Below the pieces are notes generated by a model. That model was not told the DNA's origin and did not search any database. It was given only the letters and a program-made list of their open reading frames with translations. A stretch of DNA of 64,000 bases. Origin: Malacoraja senta. Taxonomy: Eukaryota. The position numbers and the translations under genes are program-made. The stretch lies in assembly GCA_038087875.1 (NCBI GenBank), contig CM075984.1, forward strand, positions 34,100,001-34,164,000. Direction: 5' to 3'. Below are positions 12,563-26,149 of this stretch, in pieces; positions within the stretch are counted from its first letter, which is position 1, and each line of letters opens with the position of its first letter.

Positions 12563-14068
12563 CTACAGAGGGAAGCAGAATATTTGGTTACTCCGAATCT
12601 ACGTTCAAACCATATTACCCATAACAATTTATAATTGGCTCAGATTCTTGGAATTAATTGATCATAACCAATACAGTCAATGCTCATAACTTTCAATAAC
12701 TCATTCCAAGCTGTCTGGTATTGTTGAAAAAATAATTTTAAAATATCCATTTGCACAAGAACCTGTGCATTTTAGAGGAGGACATTTTCCAAATTCTGTC
12801 AACAAAATATCCGTCGGTATATAGAACGGTAATAGATAGTCATACAGATTTAGAATGAAACATGAGCAAAGGTTTGACCTCTCTTGTTATATGACAATCT
12901 TAGGAGATATGTATGTTTGAGTGTGTGAGAGAGAACTAATACTGCACACCTCAACTACAAAACTATTTCAGTGATGATCTACTATGGACTTTGCTTAGGT
13001 TACACGACATACTTTAGTCTGCACTATTATGGTTTGGTTACCTAGCATTACTGATGATTTATTGTATTATTGTTGTGTTGTATTAATGTGCATGCAAAGC
13101 GCTAGCAAGAAAGAATTTCATTGTTTCATTCCTCGTGCATTTGACAATTAAATGATCTTAACTCTTGTTTACTGACCTTGCTAGTAGTAAAGGTTTCTCC
13201 CCATCCACTGACAAAAAATAACTAGAAAGACCTCTTTAATCTCATATTACTCTTTCTGCTCTAAGCAGAATAACATTTGCCTCGCCAGGGTACTAAATGT
13301 TCTCAGCCCTGTCATTGTTCTTAAAATTATGTCTCTGCTCTCTCCAAAGTCTCACCTCCCTCACAGAGAGTTGTCAGTGCAAAGCAACACCAAAGATGGG
13401 TCTTAAGGTAGAACCATCATCTAATGGACATAATTCCAGAGGTAGCCCCCCCCCCCCAAACTGAGAGATACTTCCCCCTCTAGTAATTTATTTCATTCTT
13501 CACATGTTTAAATTATAATGTCTTATTCTTAATTGTTTACTGTATATCGTGTTGTTACTTGCGAGCAAAGCACCAAGGTAAATTCCTTGTATATATACAT
13601 ACCTGGCTAATAAAATGTATTCAATTCAATTCATAGTCGGATTCTCAAGATCAAGCCTACCCCCACACTCAGGTGAGTGACATCACCTCGGTGAGGGTCA
13701 CTACCACTCAGACTCTGCCCGTCAGATTGAAAGACACCGTCAGCCACAAGCATCTCTTAGATGATAGTGGCTGCTGCAATGAGAGGGAAACGGGTCGACT
13801 TTCTATAGGGAATGTCCTTATTAACAGAAGATAGACACAAGACACTGGAGTAACTCAGCGGGACAGGCAGCATCTCTGGAGAGAAGGAATGGGTGATGTT
13901 TCGGGTCGAGACTCTACCTGCAGACAGGTTAGGGATAATGGAAAACGAGAGATATAGGTGAAGATGTAGAGAGATAAAGAATAATGAATGAAAGATATGT
14001 AAAAAAGTAACGATGATAAAGGAAACAGGCCATTGTTAGCTGTTTGTTAGGTGAAAATGAGAAGCTAG

Positions 14069-14325
14069 NNNNNNNNNNNNNNNNNNNNNNNNNNNNNNNN
14101 NNNNNNNNNNNNNNNNNNNNNNNNNNNNNNNNNNNNNNNNNNNNNNNNNNNNNNNNNNNNNNNNNNNNNNNNNNNNNNNNNNNNNNNNNNNNNNNNNNNN
14201 NNNNNNNNNNNNNNNNNNNNNNNNNNNNNNNNNNNNNNNNNNNNNNNNNNNNNNNNNNNNNNNNNNNNNNNNNNNNNNNNNNNNNNNNNNNNNNNNNNNN
14301 NNNNNNNNNNNNNNNNNNNNNNNNA
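14069..14325. other. Assembly gap inside a Penelope-derived repeat
   Basis: Run of N; flanks at about 13825-14460 belong to the same repeat family. Confidence 0.9.
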
Positions 14326-14579
14326 AATCAATAATCATACCATTGGGCTGTAAGCTGCCCAAGTGAAATATGAGATGCTGTTCCTCCGATTTGCATTGAG
14401 CCTCACTCTGACAATGGAGGAGAAAGGTCTGTGTGGGAATGGGAAGTAGAATTCCATATTAACAGAGATGATAATGAAAGCTAAGGAAGAAAATAAATTG
14501 CTGAGTTATTGTGGGAATAAATAAAGTTATTTTTAAGATTTACTGGGAGAGTAGTTGATTGTAAGTGATTCACACTTAC

Positions 14580-14640
14580 CTACAGGGTCAATATGGCTGC
14601 CATGGTCCACAAAATCTCTTTTGCTCAAATAGGCAGCAAC
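14580..14640 (-). CDS. SAG: Arrestin exon 3
   Basis: VAAYLSKRDFVDHGSHIDPV; 61 nt. Confidence 0.92.
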
Positions 14641-14899
14641 CTATTAAAGATCAGAAGTGGAAATCATTGGCAGAAGAGGATGATAATTACACTTTATTCA
14701 TCAATTAAATGGCCGTAAACAACTTATGGATTAAAATAACAAAGGAAACATTGTTAAAGGTTGAAACAAAAATCATGTAAGAGTTTAAACTGATAAGAAT
14801 GTAGAGATAGGTCCAGTTTAGACAGTAAACATATGAGAATACAGACGGGGTTTGTATGGAGTTTGATCTGCTCGTAGTATGGAGATAGGACAGGACAAA

Positions 14900-17800
14900 T
14901 GGTAAACAGTAATATAAAGAGGCAACATAGAGGCTCACCTGATGAGCTAAAGGAAAGAGGATTAGTGAAGAGGATGAACTTGACTTAAGTCAGATATGTG
15001 TGGAGATTATGCTGATGTACAATGGCAGGCACAATATAGTGATTATAATGATTCAGAGGTGGAAACAGAAGTGATCTAGGGATTACTCTGATAAGAATAC
15101 AGCTGACAGTGTAGAGGTGTGCCGATCATAGTGGAGACACAAGGGTCGTGCGAAGTTCAAATTGACTAGCCAAGGACATGGGATCAACATGCTTAAACTA
15201 ACCATCATACAGAAATTGGGAAGAAGGTCAAGCTTAAATTGGAATATATAGACAAAGATAATTCCGAGCTAAATTTATCAGGATATGAAGGTGATGCAGA
15301 GTTTCGAGACAGTTTCGAGAAGGTAACTCCCTTCTTGTGCAGGAAACAAAGAATCTTATATTTAAGAAGCCCTCTAGGATGGAGAATTTCAAAAGACATC
15401 TCAATTTATCTCTGACTTCACTGATTGGTCATAGAGCAAAAATAGACAAACAAATCAGCACCTAGAGCAGGAGAGTGTAGAACAGGTTGGGGGCTGGACA
15501 CAGGGGATTCAGTTCCAGGGTAAGGCCCATTCAGCGTTTAAATTGATCAACAAATAAAGCCAACATTTATAAAGATAAGACAGGTTTAGTTATACAATCT
15601 GTTTTATAAACTGATTTTAAATTGATCAGACTAAAAAGTATCGTGTTTGAACTGAATGGACAAGTGGACTTTCAACTGATTGGGGTATAGGGACAGGACC
15701 AGTAAAGAGTTAAATAACTGCAATGTAGCAAACACAGCAGAATGAGTGCAACGGTAAAGGTGAGAGTGCATTGGGGAGAAACAGGGTCTGATGGAGCCTC
15801 ATACAAAGCCTATAATCTACAATTTTCTGAAAAGATGGGGTAATCAAGGAAAGTAAAAGGTATCTGTGTTAACAAGTAATTTAAATCATAAACATATGAA
15901 GGCCAATTAAAATGCCTTATGAGTTTCCACTTATATATCAAGGTAGATAGGATAGGATATAAAAGGGAGTAAGATATATTCCGAATGTACTTGGCCTTCA
16001 GGAGTTTTGGCGATGGAACTTCAGGAGAGATACACACAGGTATTAGCCTTGAAGACGGTGTAGCAGAGATTCACGCAAATGATTCTGAGATTTAACCCAT
16101 AAGATTATGAGGATAATTTATATAAACTTGATTTGCATTCTCAGAGAATCATATAGCACAGAAATAGGACCTTCGGCCCAACATATTCATAGCAACCATT
16201 TTGTCCAGCGTTCCTGAATTCATTTGTCCACATTATGTCCATATCTTCTATGCCTTGCCTATTTAAATATGCATCTAAATGTCGCTTAAATGTAATTATT
16301 GTTTCTGATTCCACTACATCCTCTGGCAGCAAGTTCCATAGTTTGACCACTGTCTAACAAAACCTTCCTCTCAAATTCTCTTTATAACTCTTTATTTTTA
16401 ATTTAAACCTATACCCTCTTGTTTTTGATACTCCTCGCAGGGGAAAATGATTCTGACTATCTATCTAATCAATGCCTTATACGTTTTATTTAATCACCCG
16501 CAGCCTCCTTCACTACAGAGAAAAAAAAACAGCCTAGCTAATTTTTCGCCATAATTAAAATCCTCCTTCTTATAGTGTGGCAACCAGAATATCACACAAT
16601 TTTCCAAGTTCAATAAAACCAGCATTTAAAAGAGTTGAAATATAATGTCCCAAATATTATATTCTATGCCCCAATGTCTAAAAGCATGCCATGTGATCTT
16701 TTTTAACCACCTTTCCACCTGTTGTCACTGTCAGGGATCTATGGACTTGAACCCCAATGTCACTTTGTTCATCAACATTCCTTAGTGTGCTAGTATTTAG
16801 TGTAGTTTATTATTGTCACATGTACAGTGAAGAACTTTGGTTGCACGCTATCCAGTCAAAGAAAATACTATAGATGATTTGCCATGTGCCTTTTTTAAAC
16901 CACCAGTGTTGTCACGTTCAAGGCACTTTCACTTGAACCCAAAGGTCACCCTGTTCATCAAGATTCCTTAGTGTGCTACAATTTATTGTATATGTCCTAC
17001 TCGTACAATTTTCCATCTGATCCATACCCTGCTGTAGCTTTAGAAAACCTACTTCGTCATCCACCACTTACTAATCATGCCTCCTACATTCACATGCCGT
17101 TTTAAAGTGTTTGGGAATCACGAAAAAAATCAGGATAGAACTTTCAATGAATGGTAGGGCCCTGGAGTGTTGTAGAGCAGAGGGATCTAGGAGTACAAAT
17201 ACATAGACCCCTGAAAGTGGCAGTAAAGAAATCGTTTAGCACATCGACCATAAGTCAGGGAATTGAGTATCGAAGTTGAGACATTATTTTACAGTTGTAC
17301 AAGATGTTGGTGATGCTGCATTTGGAATATTTTTTGGTCACCCTGCTATAGGAAAGACTCGATAAAGTTCGAAAAGGTGCAGAAATTTACAAGGATGTTG
17401 CCAGCGCTAAAGGGCCTGAACTATAGGGAGAGGTTGGGCAGGCTAGAACTTTATACCTCGGAATGCAGGAGACTGAGGGGTGATCTTACAGAGGTGTATA
17501 AAATCATGAAGGAAATGGGCTGAACGCACCGAGTCCTTTTTCTCAGGGTTTCAAGAACTAGAGAGCATAGGTGAGAGGGAAAAAAATTAATAGGAACCTT
17601 GCAAACAAGGATCTCAACCCCTGTGGTACTCCACTGGTCAGACTTCCAATCAGAAAAGCAACTTTCCACCACTACCCTCTGCCTCCCAACACTAAAACAG
17701 CTTTGGATCAAATGAGATAACTTACTTGGATTCCGCATGTCTTAGCCTGCTGCAGCAGAATACTCTGTGACACCTTGTCAAAAGCCTTACTGAAGTCTGA

Positions 17801-19200
17801 AGTCCAGGCTGCCAACACATTCTGCCATGACTTCTTCATTCCACCCAGTTATCTCCTCAGAAAAATCTATCAAATTAGTGCTGCAGGATTTACCCCGCGC
17901 AAAGTTATGAGAACTATCCCTGATCAGCCTGTGCTTTTCCAAATGTACATAAATCCCATTCCTTGGAATTTTCTCCAATAATTTACCTACCACTGACATA
18001 CGGCTTACCTAGCTTATCCCTGCTGCCTTTCTTAAATTACCTATCCTCCAGTCTTCTCGCACCTCACATGCGGCTAACAAAAACTTAAATTTTTCCATAA
18101 GCGCCACAGTTATCTCTTCCCTTCCTTCCCATAACAATCTGGAATAAATCTCACCCAGCCCTGAAGAGTTACTTATCCATCCCAGGACATCGAACATCTC
18201 CTCCTTCTTAATACATGACCTCACTGTGTTTCACATCTTTCTCCTTGGTGAACACAGATGAGACATAATCAGTTAGAGCCTTGCCCACATTCCATGGCTC
18301 CAAACACAAATTACTTCTTAGGTCCCTAAAGGGACACCTTTGTACCCTGGCTACCAGCTTGATCCTGATATAGAATGTCTTTATGTTGGGTCTTTATTAA
18401 ATCAAACGCATGGTGCCAGAGCTGTCAACTTCTTGGATGCTGGTCCCAGAAGAGGATCTAATATCATCCACTTGAATCACTGCAATCTTAAATCTCTATT
18501 ATATTCTGCACTCTGGTATTTTTTTCCTTTTGCACAACCTTTACTTGGCTTGATTGTACTCATATATAGTATGATTTAACTGGATAGCACGCAAACAAAG
18601 CTTTTCTCAGTATCTTGATATATGTGACTGATACACCAATACTGATCCCAATAAATCTATTTTGATTCTGCTCAATCATATTATTATTTTGTAAGCCCCT
18701 TAATATCTCATTCGTCATTATAGATTTCAGCCTTTCCCTACTATCAGCTATCAGATTATGCAAAGGTTTTCTTCTCTTTCCTTTATTATATGGCAGCGTC
18801 ACATCTGCTACCCTTCAATCTGCACAAACCTAGAACCTACAACATTTTTGAAGTAGGTAACCAGAATAACCAAGTCTATCTATAGCCACCATTCACTAAA
18901 CTCAGAACATAGATCACCAGGTCCTTATCTTCCAGACTTATTATTTTCTGTAGTAGTATTTTTTCATCAATAGGTTTACTTCCTCAATAGTCAGGTATAC
19001 CTTTCAGCAATGCCTTTCCGGGTAATCCTATTTCCTTATATTTAAAACCATCTTTAATTTCTCTAATAATCCATGTGTGTGGTTTTCCTGTCTTAGATTG
19101 AAAAACCACGTTTCAGATTTTGAACTACATGATATCCAAACTTATTACAAAATTCTATATTATAGATGCTCTTTCCTAAAAGGTCTCTTAGCAAGAAGAT
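14900..19200. mobile_element. Cluster of old CR1 fragments in both orientations
   Basis: Degenerate CR1 motifs (LWNLLP, QRVVV..FSDW, KSCSTNLIDF) in the ORF track; boundaries approximate. Confidence 0.7.
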
Positions 19201-20023
19201 TATTAATTAACACTATCTATTTTGGAATGCAATATGAGAGTAATCCGAGGCAAACATGGTAAGTGTAACATGTTTATATTGCCAGGATTTGTCAATAATT
19301 CCATTGGCTGTCTATCATGCAAATTCTGCAAGGGTAGAAGGTGAACTGTGGACCAGAATCGTTTTCATCTTCAATGTATACACTCCCTGTAGCTTTTGCA
19401 CTGCCCTGCACTCTAGACACTGATGCCCCAAAGACAACCACACCCAAGAGAGCCACATCTCACAGCACCAAAGAGTGGCATTTTCTGTGTGACACACAAG
19501 TTTCCTCCCAGTGCTCTTATTTCCACCCACAACACAAATCCATGGGTTGGTAGGTTAATTGGCCACTGTAAATTGCTCATATGTAGGTGAGCAATGGAGC
19601 TTAGGGTCAGCTGATAGGAATGTGGGTAGAATTTTAAATATGAGATTAGCGTAGATGGATGACGTTGGTGTAGACTGAAAGTTCTGTTTCCGTGCTATAT
19701 CTCGACAAGACTTTGAGACCTTTACATATTTACTGGCCCATCCTATTTCTTTATACTTGCTTTTATATCTTGCTACAACTTGCTTTTTTTCTAACTTTTC
19801 AGTTCTGATGAAATGTCATCAGCCAGAAAAGTTGACTGCTTTTTTAGGTTTTCTTTTTCTGCATTCTATGTTTCTATATCAGACTGCAACTGAAAGGTGT
19901 GGGTTATTCTATTGTAAGGGGAGATCATAGAGGAAATGTGGACAGAAACATTTTTGTCATTCCCGTTTGCTTCTGATAAAGAAAAGGGACAGGGACACAA
20001 TAAAAAGATAAGAAAGTACAAAC

Positions 20024-20089
20024 CGATTTGTCACGAGACACTTTTTTAAAGACAACATGCTTTTTGGAATTCTTGCCGTCAGCACTCAT
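20024..20089 (-). CDS. SAG: Visual arrestin first coding exon (exon starts at 20131)
   Basis: MSADGKNSKKHVVFKKVSRDKS (human ...HVIFKKISRDKS); directly downstream of ATG16L1 on the same strand, as in human. Confidence 0.88.
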
Positions 20090-20205
20090 TCTTTCTACAA
20101 TGGGTGGTATTTCGTTGTAGGATCAGGGTTGCTGAGAAGACAAAATAAAGAGAGTTGCTCGACTGAACGTATCAAAGCACTGTATTTTGTGAATAATAAT
20201 TAAGT

Positions 20206-20278
20206 GCCCGGCTAGCTCAGTCGGTAGAGTGCGAGACTCATAATCACAAGGTCGTGAGTTCGAGCCCCACGTTGGGCG
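20206..20278 (+). tRNA. tRNA-Lys(CTT)-derived copy with anticodon CAT, probably a pseudogene
   Basis: 73 nt, 7 substitutions from canonical vertebrate tRNA-Lys-CTT; A/B boxes recognisable; two anticodon-stem mismatches and one T-stem mismatch. Confidence 0.8.
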
Positions 20279-20289
20279 AGAAATATTTG

Positions 20290-20575
20290 GGCGACACAAT
20301 GGCATAGCGGTAGAGCTATCGTGCTTATAACGCTACAGGTGCTTGTCTGCACGGAGTTTGTACGTTCTCCCCATGACCTGCGTGGGTTTTCATCGAGATC
20401 TTCGTTTTCCACCCACAATCCAAGATGTACAGGTTTGTTGGTTAATTGGCTTGGTATAAATTCAAATAAATTGTCCTTGTGTGTGTAGGGTAGTGTTAAT
20501 GTGCAGGGATCGTTGGTGGGTGCAGACTCAGTGACCCAAAGTGCCTGTTTCTGCGCTGTATCTCTAAACTAAACC
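20290..20575 (+). mobile_element. HE1-like tRNA-derived V-SINE
   Basis: tRNA-like head, central GGAGTTTGTACGTTCTCCCC domain, CR1-like tail ending CTAAACTAAA. Confidence 0.8.
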
Positions 20576-22455
20576 CAAGTAATTTTGAGCTGCATCTCTA
20601 AACTAAACTACATTAAGTAATGATATAATTAATTCACAGGTGGCCACATATGAGGCAATGATTATCCTCAAAAAATATTTCAGAAACAAATGATTCTTTG
20701 AATCCAGGTATACTTATTGTAGGCTACTATGTATATACTTACATTTATTGATTAATCTTGGCACGTCATGTCACTATGAGTTATAAAAGATCAAACAACA
20801 TCCTTTCACACTCTAGGATTGAATGATACAAGTGGATCAAAAACTGTTCTTTTACAATCTTGGACTGGGTAACACCTAGGTCATACACTGTCCTGTCACA
20901 TTCTGGGACTGGGTGATACAGTGAATCATATACTATTCATATGGATATTGATGATTAGCGTTGAAATATTAATGCAAAACATTTGTGTTAATTCAAAACA
21001 AGTGGAGTAACCAACATAAAGTTAACACACATAATTATGGTTGAAAAATTAGAAAGATATAGAAGCTAACGTTTTGAGTGCATCTAAGAACAAAAAGACT
21101 GGGTGTGCATGCTTTAGGAGGAGGCAGACCACATTGAAGAAACAATAGCTTTAGAATACAAATACAAAAAGGTTTTGCAAAAACTAAAAAAATTATTGAA
21201 TAGGCCCTAGCTCAAATTCTATCACCAATTTTAGGCACTTAAATTTAAAAGGTGCTGAGATTTATTAGCAGGTCACCAGGGTTAGATTTCAGGTGCCAAA
21301 CGACTGAAGAAACGTTATTGCACTTAGAAGAGAGTTAAAAATTGGTTAAACTGTATTATTCAAAACTTTGATGGGTTTTGAGAGAATTAATAATTGCAGT
21401 AGCAGGGTGGTCAATAATCAGAGGATGGATATTTATGGTGGGTAGAGAGATATAGCATTGAAATAGGCCCATCAGCCCATTGAGTCCACACCAATTATCC
21501 ATTTACCAAAAGTTCTTTGTTATCCTACTTTCTCATCCACTCCACAAACAAGGGGCAATTTACAGAGGCCAATTAACCTACAAACCTGCATATCTTTGGG
21601 ATGTGGGAGCAAACTCGAGCAGCTGGAGGAAACCCACACAGCCACAGGGAGAACATGCACAGTGGTGCAGTTGGTAGAGCTGCTGCCTCTCGGCACCAGA
21701 CACCCGGGTTCGATCCTGACCTCGGGTACTGTTTGTGATTACTGAATAAACTGGAGGTAACAGGCAGAAGCAATATTTGTGCATCTTATTGGGACATGGA
21801 ATTCACTTTGTGAATGGGTGTCGGAATCAAATTCAGTAACTTTCAAGAAGGAATTAGATAAAAGATTGAGAAGAATAGGTACGCAGAGCTATGGGATTAA
21901 GCAGAGAAATTAGACAAACTGGATGGTTCTTTCAAAGAACTGCTGCAGGTACGATGGACTATGGGTTTTTACTACACGATATGACTGTGTGCATAATAGT
22001 GCTGAATCATAACTAGAATGTTATTAGTTAGTGAAAAACATTCCTGCATTGGAACTGGACACTAACATTAATTTAGATAATAATATCACATTAGAACATG
22101 CAATCATTAGCAATCACAGTGCTAAATTAGAATTAGCAGCAAGTGAATGAGTGAGAAAGGTCTCTTGGACCTAGAATAACTGAACTAGATGAGAGCTATT
22201 GCTGTTACTGGCTGAATATGGATGCTGCATTAAAATCAACCACTGTTACTAACAGAATAACTGCAGTAGTAATTGAGTTTAAATACTGTTTTAGTTCCAA
22301 ATACACAATTGTTAGCATAATAGAAACACATGGATTGATATTACCAAGAGCGAAAGACAGGTCCATTGGGACTTTTTCCTAAGACTATTTTCTTCACAAT
22401 AATAATTATAAATTAGACAATAATAATGCAATTATGCAATGGGAATACTGTGTAC

Positions 22456-22850
22456 CTGAAGGAGCCACAGGACAGATATAGATAATTGCTATTCCACACC
22501 CTTCAGCGTTTCCTAGAATGTTCCCTCGGTTAGAACTTTTCTTAGCCTGTTCTCACTCCAAGTAGGAAGTCTTCCTCTCGGGATTGCATCAGCCCAATAT
22601 TGGTACTTGCACGTGAAGAACTGGAATCATTTATAGACAGTCAATTTAATGAGTCCATCCTTAAGCTGTTGAAGGGAGGTTCATGTTTCTCATTTACATG
22701 ATCAAGCTCAGAAATCCTGTGAGACATTCTAATAAGCCTCTGCTGTCCAGCAGACTGAACAGATTATAGGCTGTATCGTCAGCATAGCAGATTCGTATCA
22801 AGGTTAATAAATCTGGTAGTAAATCTTTTAATAACCATATGTAATCTGTT
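22456..22850 (-). promoter_or_regulatory. Putative SAG promoter and non-coding exon 1
   Basis: Minus-strand TATAAAT at 22635-22629; donor CAG/gtacac at 22456/22455; CRX/OTX-like TAAGC/TAATC sites near 22662, 22734, 22762, 22841; CACGTG at 22610-22615. Confidence 0.45.
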
Positions 22851-25800
22851 GACACCTTCAACAAATACACAACGTCATGCATAATAGTGCATATATAGTA
22901 TGAGGATATTATCCATTTCCCTCTGGTCAAACCCACGCAATTAAATGGCTCTGGTTGGAAGTTACCAAACTGATTGTCAAAGAAGAACAAAGTGCTGGAG
23001 GAACGAAGCATCTGTGGAGAGAAATTGTTAGACTACTGGCTAGTTGTGGGTCTCACAACTCTTGTTAATGGAGATGCTGGAGATTACAAATGCTGGTGTC
23101 TTGTGCAAAAAAACCCGGTGTTGGAGAAACTCAGTGGGTCAAAACTACGTTTTAAATAGGCCTGACCCAAAACAATATCCGTCCATTTTCATCCACAGAT
23201 GGATTAATTAATTAATACTTTATTGTCACATGTGACAAGTCACAGGGAAATTCTTTGCTTGCATACCCAAGGTATGCAAATAGTTGCCCATAAAGGGCGC
23301 TGCCAAAGTTAAGAGTATCCATGCCAGGTCCCCCTTTGTTTCCCCCCTCCCTCACGGCAGCTCCCCCCCACGTCGGGTCCTCCATTGTCCATTGTTCTGC
23401 CCCCTCCCTCACAGTGGTCCCCCCATGCTGGCTCCTCCATTGTTCCTTCCCTGACCCACCGAGTTTCTCCAACACTGCTTTTTACTCAAGATTTCAGCAT
23501 TTGTAATCTCTTGCGTCTCCACTGATCAGGTACTGTATTCTTAGACTTAACATCCTTTTTTACCATGACTGTCACCAATGCAAGAGTTGTGAGACCCACA
23601 ACTAGCCAGTGCTTCACTGGGTCAGAAGGGGAGCATTTAATAATTGCCAGAAATGCATGTGTGAGAGCACTGGGCAACAATGAGCTTGGGGCTCATCCCC
23701 GGTTATCCCTGCAGCTAAAGGTCAGCCTATTCAGATGTAAATGAAATCTGACAAAGTAGCAACGCGTCTATTCTGTGGAATGGAAACTGTTCATTCCAGT
23801 CTCAGTTTGTCAGGGTATTTCTTCCGAAGAGGAAGAGCTGACTATTGAGCCTGGATTGAAAGACTTGGTTGAAGGGCCAGGCAATTCGCTTGTGCGGCTT
23901 AATACTTATGTGGGATTAATGAGATATTCTTAGCTTCAACTGCTGTTGAGTTGAAAATAGACTATCTTTGTGTAGGAATTTGCTCTTTGAGATTGTGGGG
24001 AGTTAGTTTTATAAAACAGCTAGTATACGAGTAAAATCATTTTTTGTTTATGGTGTTTATAAATTACTATCTTTACATATTGGTTGTCCTGCTGCAAGTA
24101 CGAATTTCCTTGTTCCATTTCATACGACAATGAAACACTTGACTCTTGCCATGGAATGGGTATGGTCTAACAGTACATGGTCAGTATGAGTTAGAGTAGA
24201 TATAGACATAGAAACATAGAAAATAGGTGCAGGAGAAGGCCATTCGGCCCTTCGAGCCAGCACCGCCATTCATTGTGATCATGGCTGATCGTCCCCAATC
24301 AATAACCCTTGCCTGCCTTCTTCCCATATCCCTCGATACTTAATGACCGTGGAGAGAAAGGTGGTCAGTGCTTGATGGAGTAAGCATGTTAGCTGCAGAT
24401 AGAATGCAAGGAAACCAGACATAGTGCTGCATTATAAGAGTAATATTAAAAGGTGAAGGGATAGCAGTAACTAGGAAGTGACAAGATTACAATAACCCTA
24501 CATTCAACAAAATTCTAATTTTAGAAAGATTACTTATCTAACCAACGCAATCAAATAACAACATGCATCTAGATGGGGCCTTTCACAATCTCAGGACTTC
24601 CTAATAGAGTGAAATCACTTTTTTTAAATATTAGGAAGTATGTAAATTCATAGATACTTGAACAGTGACCAAAGATTGGCAGGTAGCAGGTGTAACACCA
24701 CTGTCTAAAAAGAGGAAACAAGATAACAGAACAGACCACCTAATCAAACATCAGTGAGAGGGGAAATGGTGTCATCTATTTTTAGGAAGTAGTAACCAGA
24801 CATGTAGAAAATGACAACAGCATTGGGCAGAGGGTAGCTTCTCAATAGGACAGGTTTAGAGGGATATGGGCCAAACGCAGGCAGGTGGGACAAGTGTAGA
24901 TGGGGCATATTGACCAGTGTGGGCAAGTTGGGCCGAAGGGCCTGTTTCCATGCAGACTCGGACGCTAACCTAGTTTTATGAAAGGGAAAAATTTTGACAA
25001 ATCTTTTAGTTTTTGAAGGTTACAATTGGTAGAGTTGTTCAGTTAAATGATCTGTATAATGCTGACCCTAAATGTCACCCATCCTTTTTCTCCAGAGATG
25101 CTGCCTGACCGGCTGAGTTACTCCAGCTCTTTGTGCCTATCTTTGGCATAAACAAGCGCCTGCAGTTCCTTTCTACACACGTTTTGAAATTCATTCCCAA
25201 ATCTATTCTCAATTTTTTAAAGCACTGCCATCACCAAGCTTAATAGCTGGAGAATTGACCAGTCTTGTATTGAGTGACAAGAATTGCATTGCCACTATAT
25301 GGCAGTGTTTTTCTTGAAGCAAAGATTAAACTAAAATGCTCAAAATAAAGAGTTCATGGAAATTTGTGGCAAGAAACAGTTCATAGCTCAGATTCAATGG
25401 CACTTCATCAAAACCTGCTGAGTATTTCCAGCATCTGCAGTTGGTTTTCAATTATTTGTCTTAGAGTACCTGGTTTAGCAAAAGCCTCAGTGAGGCCAAT
25501 ACCCATCACCTAACAGTATAACGTTCCATGCAGACTTTAGGAACTTAAAAGAACTCCAGAAAGCATCTTACAGTTTTAAAAATCATAGCTCTGTGAAAAG
25601 CCAAATAGCAGCTAACCTGAAAGAACCTGATACTAAACCTGGTTACAGTGAAGAGGTGTTTTGCTGGGGGGCTTTTGCTACTCTCCACACTTCTGGATGG
25701 CGTTAGTTGCTCATTAATATAAAACTGTGCAGGATTCGGACAACAATGTACGTTGATGCATCAGATGTTACTTTGAATCAAATTGAGTTTTTGAAAATCA

Positions 25801-26149
25801 TAATTTATGGAGATGAATTTTGTAGCTACACATGTCATTACAGGTGTTCACTAGGTAATAGCGATTTGCCACCACTCCCTACTTTGCCCTGAGGAAACCA
25901 TTGTTATCTCAGCAACGACAAATGTAATGTGAACGAAAGTGAGAAAGTGATAGATCAGTCATGATTTAATGGCGGAGTAGACACGAAGGGTCGAATGGCC
26001 CAATTCTGCTCCTATGCCTTATGAACTCATTTGCATTGCACAGCAGTTCAAACCATCAACACATTTATAACAATATAACAGACACAATCTGCAGGGGAAA
26101 ACATTGAATGAAATTACAGTAGATATGTGGCAATTCAGAATTTGACACG

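Noticed and set aside
14036-14362. ORFs made of X residues (also 51920-52397)
   Set aside because: Artefacts of N gaps
16688-16990. ~110-bp diverged direct repeat
   Set aside because: Local duplication within decayed CR1 sequence, split by a LINE tail
21655-21730. tRNA-like sequence (GGTGCAGTTGGTAGAGC...GGTTCGATCC)
   Set aside because: Head of an HE1-like SINE, no complete cloverleaf
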